Below are positions 17,676 through 26,511 of a stretch of 33,184 nt of DNA, piece by piece (positions within the stretch are counted from its first letter, which is position 1; each line of letters begins with the position of its first letter). The stretch covers positions 1 through 33,184 of the forward strand of contig JANRLD010000020.1 in the NCBI GenBank assembly GCA_033762915.1. Reading direction: 5' to 3'. This stretch comes from Meiothermus sp. Its GTDB lineage: Bacteria; Deinococcota; Deinococci; Deinococcales; Thermaceae. The position numbers and the translations under genes were made by a program. The notes under the pieces were generated by a model. The model saw nothing but the letters and a program-made list of their open reading frames with translations, did no database searches and was not told the DNA's origin.

Positions 17676-17960
17676 CTACTCGAGCAGCGGGTTGGTCTCG
17701 GGGGTCAGGGCCTTGCTCGATTCGGGCTTACTTTCGGCCTTGGCTGCATCGCCGCTGGACTCGGTTTTTGCGGCGGAGCCGCCCGACTTGCTGTCCTTGG
17801 CGTACCACCCTGAGCCCTTAAACACTACCGCCGGGGCAAAGATCAGCCGCTTGATCGGCTCGCCGGTCTCGGGGTGATGGGTGAAGGCGTCGTCGCTAAA
17901 GCGCTGCTCGAACTCGTACTGCTCGCCGGTGGCGATGTTTTGGTAGACGTACTTGGGCAT
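17676..17960 (-). CDS. FmdB-family regulatory protein, cysteine-free variant
   Basis: MPKYVY...EFEQRFSDD...P..GEPIKRLI..PAVVFKGSGWY..D with a low-complexity tail. Confidence 0.85.
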   Translation of the reverse strand: MPKYVYQNIATGEQYEFEQRFSDDAFTHHPETGEPIKRLIFAPAVVFKGSGWYAKDSKSGGSAAKTESSGDAAKAESKPESSKALTPETNPLLE

Positions 17961-18096
17961 GGCCAAACCTCAACTAGGCCCATAGTTTGACGCTCGAGGC
18001 GGCCAATTGTCAATCAAAAAAGTTACAAAAGGGCTTGAGATGGAGAGGTGGGAGCAGGACACCCCGATGCCGTACTGCTTGAAGTACAGTGAGGCC

Positions 18097-18915
18097 ATGA
18101 CTGCTTCACCCGAGACCTATCTGGCCGAACTCGAGACCTTCCGACAGCAGCGTGCATCTGCCATCGGGGCCGCCAACAGCTGGCTGGCGCTGGCTGGGCT
18201 GTTCTGGCTGGAGGAAGGGGAGAACTCGCTGGGCTCGAGCGCGGACTGCGCGGTGGTCCTGCCGGGCCTGGCCCCCAGGATCGGGGCCCTATGGCTCGAG
18301 GGGGAGTCGGTTCGGCTCGAGAGCAGCATCCCGGTGGAGATCGATGGTCAGCCTCAGACCCAGGCCGAGTTGCACAGCGACAAAAGCGGCAAGCCCACCC
18401 GGGTCAACATCGGAGAGCTCAGCTTCATCGTGCTCCGGCGCGGAACCCACCACGCGGTGCGGTTGTGGGACAACCACAACGCCGGCCGGACCGCAACCCT
18501 GGACTGGTTTGCACCCGACCCCGCTTTTCGGGTAGAGGCCACCTTCGTGGCCGAGCCGCGCACCCTCGAGATCGGCCTGAGCACGGGCTTTGAAATCCTC
18601 GAGTACTCCCCCAGTCCCGGCTACGTGCGCTTCAGCCTGGGGGGGCAGGAGCACCGGCTGGTGGCCCAGTCAGCCGAACCCGAAAAGCGCCTCTTCTTCA
18701 ACTTCAAAGACCCCACCAACGCCAGCCAGACCTATGGCGCGGGCCGCTTCCTCACCACCGACGGGGTAAAGGACGGCAAGGTCACGCTGGACTTCAACTA
18801 CGCCACCAACCCCTACTGCGCCTACACCGACCACGCCACCTGCCCCCTGCCTCCCGCAGAGAACCGCCTAAGCGTGGCCGTGGTGGCGGGCGAGAAACGC
18901 TATAACCATGGATAA
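18097..18915 (+). CDS. DUF1684 family protein
   Basis: WLALAGLFWL, FKDPTNASQTYGAGRFL, LDFNYATNPYCAYT..ATCPLPP.EN.L...V.AGEK. Leaderless start after TACAGT. Confidence 0.9.
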   Translation: MTASPETYLAELETFRQQRASAIGAANSWLALAGLFWLEEGENSLGSSADCAVVLPGLAPRIGALWLEGESVRLESSIPVEIDGQPQTQAELHSDKSGKPTRVNIGELSFIVLRRGTHHAVRLWDNHNAGRTATLDWFAPDPAFRVEATFVAEPRTLEIGLSTGFEILEYSPSPGYVRFSLGGQEHRLVAQSAEPEKRLFFNFKDPTNASQTYGAGRFLTTDGVKDGKVTLDFNYATNPYCAYTDHATCPLPPAENRLSVAVVAGEKRYNHG

Positions 18916-19444
18916 AAGGCGGCTGCGGGGCTGGGCCAAACAGGTCCGGCGCGGGCTGAATGCCGAGGCAGTCTCGGTAGGGCTGGTCAGGCAGTTGGCA
19001 AGGTTTTTGAGGCAGCGAAAGCCCCGGCACATCCTGCTCTACAGCGCCTTCGGGAGCGAGCCTGACCTCTCGGGGCTGCTGACACTCCACGAAGCCCAGT
19101 ACTACCTGCCTCGAGTAGACGGCGACGGTCTCCACATCCACCCGCTGCCCTGCGAGATGGCCCGGCACCCATTCGGCTTCCTCGAGCCTGCCCCCAACGC
19201 TCCTGCCACCGAGGCGGCGCGGCTCGAGGCCGTCCTGGTTCCCGGCCTGGCCTTCGACTTGGAGGGCTACCGCGTCGGCTACGGCAAGGGTTTTTACGAC
19301 CGCTTCCTGGCCGGACTGGCACCCGAAGTCCTGACCGTCGGAATTGTGCCGGACATTCTGTTTGTCGAGCGCGTGCCTAAAGACCGCTGGGACGTGCCGG
19401 TGCGGTACGTGGCCACCGAGTTGGGCGTCACGAAAACGCAGTAG
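18908..19444 (+). CDS. ygfA: 5-formyltetrahydrofolate cyclo-ligase
   Basis: LVPGLAFD..GYRVGYGKGFYDRFL and WDVP motifs. Confidence 0.95.
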   Translation: MDKRRLRGWAKQVRRGLNAEAVSVGLVRQLARFLRQRKPRHILLYSAFGSEPDLSGLLTLHEAQYYLPRVDGDGLHIHPLPCEMARHPFGFLEPAPNAPATEAARLEAVLVPGLAFDLEGYRVGYGKGFYDRFLAGLAPEVLTVGIVPDILFVERVPKDRWDVPVRYVATELGVTKTQ

Positions 19445-19524
19445 TTTGCCAGTCTCAAACCGCGGCGCGCCGCCAAAAGCGCCACCGCGTGAATCCGGCC
19501 ACCCCTTGTGTCGGCCCGGCGGCC

Positions 19525-20142
19525 CTATACCTCGAGCACCACCCACCGCTCCGCCACGTTTACGACGCGCGTCCGGCCCAGCCTGACCTCGCCCGCCGCC
19601 TCGTGGATGTGGCCGCAGAGATAGAGCCTGGGCTGGCAGCGCTCGATGTACTCGAGGGCACAGCTCGAGCCCACGTTCTTCCCGGTCACCATCTTGTCCA
19701 GGTGGCCCAGCGGCGGGCCGTGGGCCACTACCACGTCCACCGGCTCGAAGTCCCAGGCGTACTGCTCGGCGGCAGGGTTGACAGTCATGTGGTCCCAGGT
19801 GAGGGCCAGTTCCGGCATGTCGTAGGCGGTGGTGAGGGCCACCCCGTGAAAGCTGACGCCAGCAGGGTGAAACCAGGTGTGGCCGTCCAGCGGGACTGCC
19901 CCCAGCGCCGCCCAGTGATGGTTGCGCACGCTGATATCGTGGTTGCCGTGCAGGGCCAGCACGGTCGGGTACTTCTGCCGGGCCTGGGCCAGCCAGAGGG
20001 CGGCCAGGTCCATCTCGCGCACGCCACGGGCGAAGCCGGTGTTGGTCCAGTCGCCACAGTGCACCAGCAGGTCGGCCTCGGGAAGGTCGGCAAGATCGGG
20101 GAAGTTGAGGTGGGTGTCGGAAAGGGCGATGAGCTTGAGCAT
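19525..20142 (-). CDS. Calcineurin-like metallophosphoesterase
   Basis: SDTH, HCGD, GNHD, HGPP and GHIHE motifs. Confidence 0.92.
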   Translation of the reverse strand: MLKLIALSDTHLNFPDLADLPEADLLVHCGDWTNTGFARGVREMDLAALWLAQARQKYPTVLALHGNHDISVRNHHWAALGAVPLDGHTWFHPAGVSFHGVALTTAYDMPELALTWDHMTVNPAAEQYAWDFEPVDVVVAHGPPLGHLDKMVTGKNVGSSCALEYIERCQPRLYLCGHIHEAAGEVRLGRTRVVNVAERWVVLEV

Positions 20143-20395
20143 AGGACTACCGGGCCGGGGGTCGGCCTAGGTGCAGGAGCCTCCTATGCGGCCCTCCCTG
20201 CCCGAAGGTGCCCCATAAATGAGAGTTTATACAGCCAGGGGGGCGGGCCGCAATATGGGCCTCGAGCCCCGCGCCCCCACAGCGGTGCCCGCCAGTAGGC
20301 CCACAGGGCTCTGTGCCGTGCGGGGCAAACCACCGGCCACCAACTCCATGAGCGGCAACGCCGCCCGTCGGCCAGGGCGGTGTGTGGGAGCGCGC

Positions 20396-21301
20396 TCAGG
20401 GACGCTGGACCCCGGTGGTCTCGAGATCGATCGCATACAGCGAGCTGCTGGCGGTGATGTACAGCCGGTCGCGGGCCGGGCCGCCGAAGGTCAGGTTGCC
20501 CACCTTCTCGGGCACCAGGATTTTCCCCAACCGCTGGCCGGTCGGGGCATAGACCTGTACGCCGTCCCCCGAGCTGACGAAGAGATTGCCCCCCACGTCC
20601 AGCCGGAAGCCGTCGGGCAGGCCGGACTCGATCTCGGCGAAGACCCGGCCGTTGCGGGCCTCGCGCCCCTCCATCACCTCGTAGGCCCGCAGGTGGTGGA
20701 AGCCGTCGGGGTCGTGCGAGGCCGAGGTGTCGCTAACGTAAAGCAGGGTCTCGTCGGGCGAGAAGGCCAGCCCGTTGGGCCGGCGCATGTCGGTCACCAC
20801 GGCGCTGACCTCGCCGCTCTGGGGGTCGAAGCGGTAGACATAGCAGCCCTCCTGCTCCCGCTCGCCGCCGTAGCCCTCGAGCGGCTGAATCAGGCCGTAG
20901 TCGGGGTCGGTGAACCAGACCGTGCCGTCGGACTTCACCACCAGGTCGTTGGGGGAGTTGAGGCGCCTGCCCCGGTGGTGGCTGACCAGGGTCGTCCAAG
21001 TGCCGTCGGCCTCGAGCCGCTTCACCGCCCGCTCGCCGTGGGAGCAGGCCAAAATGCGGCCCTCGAGGTCGCGGTAATGCCCGTTGTGGAAGTGGGCGGG
21101 CTTGAGGAACTCGCTCAGGCCGTCCCGCTCGCTCCAGCGCAGCAGCCGGTTGCCGGGGATGTCGCTCCAGATCAGCGCGTCTTCCTCAGCGAGGTAGACC
21201 GGCCCCTCGGCCCAGGTCGACCCAGAGGCGAGCCGCTGGAGCCTCGAGCCGGGCCGAAGTAGGCTCCGCATCCTGGGGTCGTAGACCTCTACGCCTTCCA
21301 C
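20396..21301 (-). CDS. SMP-30/gluconolactonase family protein
   Basis: WAEGPVY, WSDIP, LNSPND, FTDP.YG, PNGLAFSPD, PDG motifs. GTG 21301 follows GGAGG. Confidence 0.92.
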   Translation of the reverse strand: MEGVEVYDPRMRSLLRPGSRLQRLASGSTWAEGPVYLAEEDALIWSDIPGNRLLRWSERDGLSEFLKPAHFHNGHYRDLEGRILACSHGERAVKRLEADGTWTTLVSHHRGRRLNSPNDLVVKSDGTVWFTDPDYGLIQPLEGYGGEREQEGCYVYRFDPQSGEVSAVVTDMRRPNGLAFSPDETLLYVSDTSASHDPDGFHHLRAYEVMEGREARNGRVFAEIESGLPDGFRLDVGGNLFVSSGDGVQVYAPTGQRLGKILVPEKVGNLTFGGPARDRLYITASSSLYAIDLETTGVQRP

Positions 21302-21526
21302 AAGACCTCCAGCGCCCTCGGCCCCTCGGCCATCCGCCGGCGTTTGACCATCGGCCTGTGGACTGCGATGGCCAGCGTCGGCGGTTGTCCCGGCCCCGCG
21401 GGCCGGGGCAGCATCCCGGTCGGGCTTGGAGCCGCACCAAAGCCGGAAAAGGCAAGAACCCGATGGGCGGTGACGGGACAAAGCATGGGCTCGAGTCTAG
21501 CACCTTGAGGTACTGTATGGGCCAAG

Positions 21527-21934
21527 ATGGACGAGCGCTCGAGGCACAGCCACATCATCCGCGTTGTCGAGGCCGACATAGACGCCCTGGGTCACGTCAA
21601 TAACACCGTCTACCTCCGCTACGTCGAGGCCTGCGTGAGCGCCCACGCCGAACGGGTGGGGATGGGGCTGGAGCAGATCAGGGAACTGGGCATGCTGCCG
21701 GTAGTGCGCAGGCACACCATCACCTACCACCGCCCGGCACTGGCCGGCGACGAGTTGGAAATCAGTACCCGCATCATCCGCTTTGAGGGGTTCCGCGCCA
21801 CCCGGCTCGGCGAGGTGCGCCGCGACGGGGCACTGCTGGCCGAGTGCGAGACCGAGTGGATCTGGATAGATGCCCTGCGCCTACGCCCCAAGGCCGTTCC
21901 GAAGGAGATTCAGGCGGCCTTCGGGCTGGCCTGA
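21527..21934 (+). CDS. Acyl-CoA thioesterase (4HBT/YbgC hot-dog fold)
   Basis: DIDALGHVNNTVYLRYVE motif. Confidence 0.92.
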   Translation: MDERSRHSHIIRVVEADIDALGHVNNTVYLRYVEACVSAHAERVGMGLEQIRELGMLPVVRRHTITYHRPALAGDELEISTRIIRFEGFRATRLGEVRRDGALLAECETEWIWIDALRLRPKAVPKEIQAAFGLA

Positions 21935-21958
21935 GGCGCCTCGAGGTAGGCTTGAGGC

Positions 21959-22282
21959 ATGGCGGGCTTCCGTGAGGAGGTGCTCAACCTAATCCGGCAA
22001 ATCCCCCAGGGCCGGGTGATGACCTACGGCGGGGTGGCCCGGGCGGTCGGCTACCCGCAGCGGGCGCGACAGGTAGGGATGATCCTGTTCGGCCTGGGGG
22101 AGTCGGACAGCGAAGTGCCCTGGCAGCGGGTGGTCAACGCCCAAGGCGGCCTCTCGACCTATAAGGTGGGCTCGGGCGAGTGGCAGCGGGCGCTGCTTTT
22201 GAGCGAGGGCGTGGAGGTGGGGCCGGACAACCTCGTCGACCTGAAGAAGTACGGCTGGGGGCCTGAGGGAGCGCCCCGGTAG
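21959..22282 (+). CDS. atl: Alkyltransferase-like protein (ATL, MGMT family with Trp in place of the catalytic Cys)
   Basis: IPQGRVMTYG..A, ARQVG, PWQRVVN. Leaderless start after TAGGCT. Confidence 0.9.
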   Translation: MAGFREEVLNLIRQIPQGRVMTYGGVARAVGYPQRARQVGMILFGLGESDSEVPWQRVVNAQGGLSTYKVGSGEWQRALLLSEGVEVGPDNLVDLKKYGWGPEGAPR

Positions 22283-22307
22283 GCCCCGGTGCGCTGGAGC
22301 CCTACCG

Positions 22308-22446
22308 ACGGCGGTTCCCGCCCTTGCGGCATGCAATGCAGCGCTAAGTGCCGGCATAGCCGCAATCGAACCCCCGCCCCGCAACACCTGTGGGGGATCG
22401 CGCCAGCGCCTGTGCCAGCGCGCGGGGCTGGGGTGGGAACCGCTGT
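22308..22446. repeat. Cloverleaf-like element bounded by a REP-related inverted repeat
   Basis: A 16-bp closing stem (acggcggttcccgccc/gggtgggaaccgctgt) encloses three hairpins. Confidence 0.5.
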
Positions 22447-22465
22447 GAGGGCGGCATTTCCCCCG

Positions 22466-23599
22466 TCAGGCGCAGAACTCGGCCGCGCAGCGCCGGAGCA
22501 ACGCCTCGAGGTGGAGCACCTCGTCCGTGCTTACCCGCTCGTCGGCGGCGTGGATGCCGTGGGGGGTGGGTCCGTACACCACCGCCGGGATGCCCGCCTC
22601 GGCCAGCAACGCCGACTCCATCCAGTAGGGCGCCCCCACCACCCTGGGGGCTTCGCCCCGGAGTTGCGCAGCGGCCCCGGCCACGGTTCGGGCGATCTGG
22701 GAGTCGGCCCCGGTCTCGAACGGCTCGCGACGGATGAGCTCGCGCCAGCGCACCCCGATGCCGCCGTCGCCCGCGCGGGCGGCCTCGAGCAGCCCGTCCA
22801 GTTCGCGCGCGAGTTGGGAGGGGGTTTCCCCGGGCAGGGTGCGGCGCTCGTAGGACAGCCGGGCCGCACTGGGGGTCGTGAACAGCTCGCCACCCCCCGA
22901 GGCCAGCACCGCCTGGGCGCTGCCGTGGCCCAGCAGGGGGTGCGGCGTTTGGCTGCGCAGCCTTTCGTCCAGCCGCTCGATGGCCCCCAGGAGCCGGCCC
23001 AGCGCGGTCACCGCGTTCGCGCCGAGGTGCGGCTGCGAGGTGTGCGAGGCCCTGCCCTCGATCCTGAACTCGTAGACTGCGAAGCCCCGGTGGGCCAGGC
23101 ACAGCTCGAGGCTGGAGGGCTCGGTGAGGATCGCAGCGTCGGCCCGGAAACGCTCCAGCACGCTCTCCATCCCGATGCTGCCGTGCTCCTCGTCGCTCAC
23201 CGCCGCCAGCAGCACATCGCCGGCCAGGCCACTACGGGCCGCGAACTCCAAGGCCCTCAGGCCGGCCGCCAGCCCGGCCTTCATGTCGCAGGCCCCGCGC
23301 CCGTACAGGAATCCGCCCTCCACCCTGGGACCGAAGGGCTCGGACATGCCCTCAACCCCCACGGTATCGAGGTGGGCGTAGAGCATCAGCGGGCGGCCCC
23401 CACCCCGGCCCCGCGCCACCGCAACCACACTGGGGCGGCCTGGGGTTGGCTCGAGCCAGTGGGTCTCGAGGCCCCGCCCGGCGCACCAGCCCTGCACAAA
23501 GCGGGCCAGCTCGGTCTCCCCGGCTCCGGCGGGGTCGAGCGCAGGGTTGACCGAGGGGATGGAGACCAGGCGCTTGAGCAGTTCGATCACTTCGGCCAT
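22466..23599 (-). CDS. M20 family ArgE/DapE-like deacylase
   Basis: AHLDTV, YGRGACDMKAG, DEE, EP, AHRG, GRASH, HAADE motifs. Confidence 0.92.
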   Translation of the reverse strand: MAEVIELLKRLVSIPSVNPALDPAGAGETELARFVQGWCAGRGLETHWLEPTPGRPSVVAVARGRGGGRPLMLYAHLDTVGVEGMSEPFGPRVEGGFLYGRGACDMKAGLAAGLRALEFAARSGLAGDVLLAAVSDEEHGSIGMESVLERFRADAAILTEPSSLELCLAHRGFAVYEFRIEGRASHTSQPHLGANAVTALGRLLGAIERLDERLRSQTPHPLLGHGSAQAVLASGGGELFTTPSAARLSYERRTLPGETPSQLARELDGLLEAARAGDGGIGVRWRELIRREPFETGADSQIARTVAGAAAQLRGEAPRVVGAPYWMESALLAEAGIPAVVYGPTPHGIHAADERVSTDEVLHLEALLRRCAAEFCA

Positions 23600-23861
23600 G
23601 CGGGCTCCCAGTTCATGGGCAGAGTGTACCCCGGACAAAAGAGCTGATCTGCGGCGGTACGGCGGCTCTCTTTCGGGGGTCTGAGGTGAATACGGCGAGC
23701 GGATCGTCGGAAGTCCCGAACTCCTTCGAAGTCTCAGCAGCCCGAAAACAACGACGTGTGCGCTGCCGAGTTCCGCATCACCGTGACGCCCTTCATGACC
23801 TCCAACCCTTAGCTCGGCAGGCTGAAGGTCCAAACGCTAAGTCAGGGCTATTCCAAAACAG

Positions 23862-23892
23862 CACCCCCACGGCATTTATGGCCGTGGGGGTG
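23862..23892 (-). terminator. 12-bp hairpin, probable terminator of the DUF2171 operon
   Basis: cacccccacggc/gccgtgggggtg, followed by CTGTTTT on the minus strand. Confidence 0.5.
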
Positions 23893-23988
23893 AACGCCGG
23901 CTGCTATACACAATAATGTCCTCGAGTCACCTTCGCCGAATCTACAATCTACCTCCGCAGCCCACTCGAGCCAGCCCCAAACCCTCTG

Positions 23989-24243
23989 CTACCGCCGCAC
24001 ACCCTCGCGCTTAAGGGTCTGGAGGTCAGGGGTCAGGTAGACGGTGTTGCCGTCCACCCGGTCCACCCACTCCAGGGGGATCAGGTCGGGCGCCCCCGGC
24101 GCCCCACCGGTCAGCTCGATGTAGCCGCCCTCGACCCGCGCAACCACCCCCACGTCTTCGCCGGGGAGGCCGGACATCCCGGCCGGGCCGCTCGAGCGCA
24201 CCAGCATCCGGGGCTCGATCATACTGGCGTAGTTAACCGCCAC
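23989..24243 (-). CDS. DUF2171-like small protein
   Basis: GEDVGVVARVEGGYIELT...IPLEWVDRVDGNTVYL. AGGAG RBS. Confidence 0.75.
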   Translation of the reverse strand: MAVNYASMIEPRMLVRSSGPAGMSGLPGEDVGVVARVEGGYIELTGGAPGAPDLIPLEWVDRVDGNTVYLTPDLQTLKREGVRR

Positions 24244-24252
24244 CGCACACTC

Positions 24253-25185
24253 CTAGCGCCAGCCCTGGCGCGCCTCGTCGGCGTCCACCCGGAGGATTAC
24301 GGCGTTGTTCTGGGTGTCTACCCGCTCCACCCACGAAAGCGGGATGTAGTGGTGTTTCCCGTCGGGCGAGTCGTTCCTGGTGAGCTTAATTTGGTCGCCC
24401 TCGAGCCTGTCCACGGTGCCGATGTGAACGCCCTGCGCTCCCATCATCGAGCCCGCGCCCCGGGCGTGTACCATCATGTGCTGGCGGATCTGTCGGCCAA
24501 GGCCACCCGTCGAACCCGTCGAGGAGTGGTTGGTAGAGGTGTCGTCGGGGTGGAACCCGGTCGAGCCGGTCCCGCTGCCGCTCATCCCGCCCATCCCGCT
24601 CGAGCCGCCCATGCCGCCGGCAACCCGTCCCGGTTCGCCCGACGCGGGGATGTCGCGCATGCTCGAGGGCATGTCGCTGGCGTCGGCACCATACGCCTGG
24701 CCCCCGTGGCGCGAGAGCAGCGAGCGTACCTCGGTTTCCTGGGCGCTCGAGACCTCGGCCGCCACCACTATTCCCCCGCGCTCCACCGAGCCGCCGTAGT
24801 ATTCGGCCTCGTCGCGGCTGTAGCCGGCCTTGGCGAAGGCCCCGGCCAGACCTCCCGCCGTACCCCCCACCACCGCCCCGGCCAGCGCACCGCCCCCTAC
24901 TGCGCCCAGGGCCTGAGCCAGCGCGCCCGCCGCGATAAACGGCCCCGCGCCGGGGATCAGGGCGGCGGCGATTCCGAACAAGGCCCCCGCGGCCGCCCCC
25001 ACCCCCACGCCCTTGCCGATGTTGCTGCCGGTTTCCCTGGCGGTCTCGGCCATCTCGCCGTACTGCTGATCCTTGGAGACGAACGACAGGTGGGCATCCG
25101 CCACCCCCATCGCGCGCAGTTCTTTCACGGCCCGCTCGGCCTTGCTACGGTCATCGAACACAGCGGTCACACGTCCCATATTCAC
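24253..25185 (-). CDS. General-stress (YflT/glycine-zipper) protein fused to a C-terminal DUF2171-like domain
   Basis: VTAVFD...AV.EL...G, glycine-zipper IPGAGPFIAAG, and C-terminal HIGTVDRLEGDQIKLTRNDSPDGKHHYIPLSWV. Confidence 0.8.
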   Translation of the reverse strand: MNMGRVTAVFDDRSKAERAVKELRAMGVADAHLSFVSKDQQYGEMAETARETGSNIGKGVGVGAAAGALFGIAAALIPGAGPFIAAGALAQALGAVGGGALAGAVVGGTAGGLAGAFAKAGYSRDEAEYYGGSVERGGIVVAAEVSSAQETEVRSLLSRHGGQAYGADASDMPSSMRDIPASGEPGRVAGGMGGSSGMGGMSGSGTGSTGFHPDDTSTNHSSTGSTGGLGRQIRQHMMVHARGAGSMMGAQGVHIGTVDRLEGDQIKLTRNDSPDGKHHYIPLSWVERVDTQNNAVILRVDADEARQGWR

Positions 25186-25261
25186 ACCATTCCTTTCGGG
25201 TCTCGAGAATGAGCGGGAGCGTTGAGGGCCGGCTGAGCCAGGACTTAAGCGGAGGCCAAAC

Positions 25262-25303
25262 GCCGGAGGCCGGAGGCCACACCCCTGGCCTCCGGCCTCC
25301 GGC
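25262..25303 (-). terminator. 18-bp perfect hairpin downstream of citrate synthase
   Basis: gccggaggccggaggcca/tggcctccggcctccggc, 9 nt after the gltA stop. The U-tract is weak. Confidence 0.55.
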
Positions 25304-25312
25304 CTTCGAACC

Positions 25313-26455
25313 CTACCGTCTGCCGATGCTCGTGTATTTCAGATCCAGCTGCCCCGTATAGTGGCTGTCTGGGCGCAGCAGGCGGTTGTCAATCTTGGTG
25401 TACTCAAGGACGTGCGCGGCCCAGCCAGAGATGCGGGCGGCGGCGAAGATGGGGGTGAAGAACTCGAGGCTGTAGCCTAGGTCGGAGTAGACCACGCCGG
25501 AGTAGAAGTCCACGTTGGGGTAGATGCCCTTGGCGTTGTAGGAGGCCCCAGCCTGCTTTTCGACCTCCTTGAGTGTGGCGTACTCCTTGGAGGAGCCGTG
25601 CTTATCGGCCACGGCCTTGGCGTACTTGTCCAGCACCGCGGCCCTGGGGTCGAGCGACTTGTAGACGCGGTGCCCCATCCCCATCACACGGCCCTTCTTG
25701 GCCTGGAGGTCGGCCAGCCATTTGCCCACCTTCTCGGGGCCGTCGATCTCCGAAAGCATCTTCATCACGGCCTCGTTGGCCCCGCCGTGGCGCGGCCCCT
25801 TCAGGGCGCCGACAGCGGCCACGATGGCGCTGTAGATGTCGGCCTGGGTCGAGTAGGCCGCGATGGCGGTGAAGGTCGAGGCGTTGAAGCCGTGCTCGGC
25901 CTGGAGAATCAGCGCCACGTCCATCAGCTTGGTCTCTTCCTTGTTGGGCGCCTTGCCGTTGGACATGTAGAGGAAGTTGGCCGCGTGGCTGAGGTTCTTG
26001 CGCGGGGCCAGGATCTTCTGCCCCTCCTTGTGGCGCTTGGTGGCGGCCACGATGGTGGCGAACTTGGCGATCAGCGAGATGGACTTCTGGTAGAGCGCAT
26101 CCGGCGAAACGTCGCCCTCTTTCTCGTCCACCATGCCCAGCTCGCTCACGGCCGTGCGCAGCATGGACATGGGGTGGGCGCTGCGGGGGAACTGCTTGAT
26201 CTGCTTAACCACCGTGGCGGGCAGCGCCCGCTGCGCGGCCAGCTCGGCGCTGAAGGCCTTCAGCTCGTCCTTGTTGGGCAGGTGGCCTTTGAGAAGCAGG
26301 TACGTGACCTCCTCGAAGGTGGATTTCTCCGCCAGGTCTTGGATGGCGTAACCGCTGTAGTAGAGCCGCCCCACGTCGCCGTCTATGAAGCAGAGGCTAC
26401 TCTCGGTGAAGATCACGTCTTCCAGACCGCGTGCAATGTTTACGGTGGTACTCAT
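25313..26455 (-). CDS. gltA: Citrate synthase
   Basis: [46 protein letters not shown] and extended -10 TGcTAGAAT at 26494-26502. Confidence 0.96.
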   Translation of the reverse strand: MSTTVNIARGLEDVIFTESSLCFIDGDVGRLYYSGYAIQDLAEKSTFEEVTYLLLKGHLPNKDELKAFSAELAAQRALPATVVKQIKQFPRSAHPMSMLRTAVSELGMVDEKEGDVSPDALYQKSISLIAKFATIVAATKRHKEGQKILAPRKNLSHAANFLYMSNGKAPNKEETKLMDVALILQAEHGFNASTFTAIAAYSTQADIYSAIVAAVGALKGPRHGGANEAVMKMLSEIDGPEKVGKWLADLQAKKGRVMGMGHRVYKSLDPRAAVLDKYAKAVADKHGSSKEYATLKEVEKQAGASYNAKGIYPNVDFYSGVVYSDLGYSLEFFTPIFAAARISGWAAHVLEYTKIDNRLLRPDSHYTGQLDLKYTSIGRR

Positions 26456-26511
26456 GTGTCCTCCGAACCCTTTGCAGGGATTTTGGCCTGTGTATTCTAG
26501 CAGGGTTGGCT

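Noticed and set aside
23650..23960. Second ~310-nt ncRNA suggested by end-to-end pairing
   Set aside because: The stems are short and interrupted, and codon bias favours a gene remnant plus terminator.
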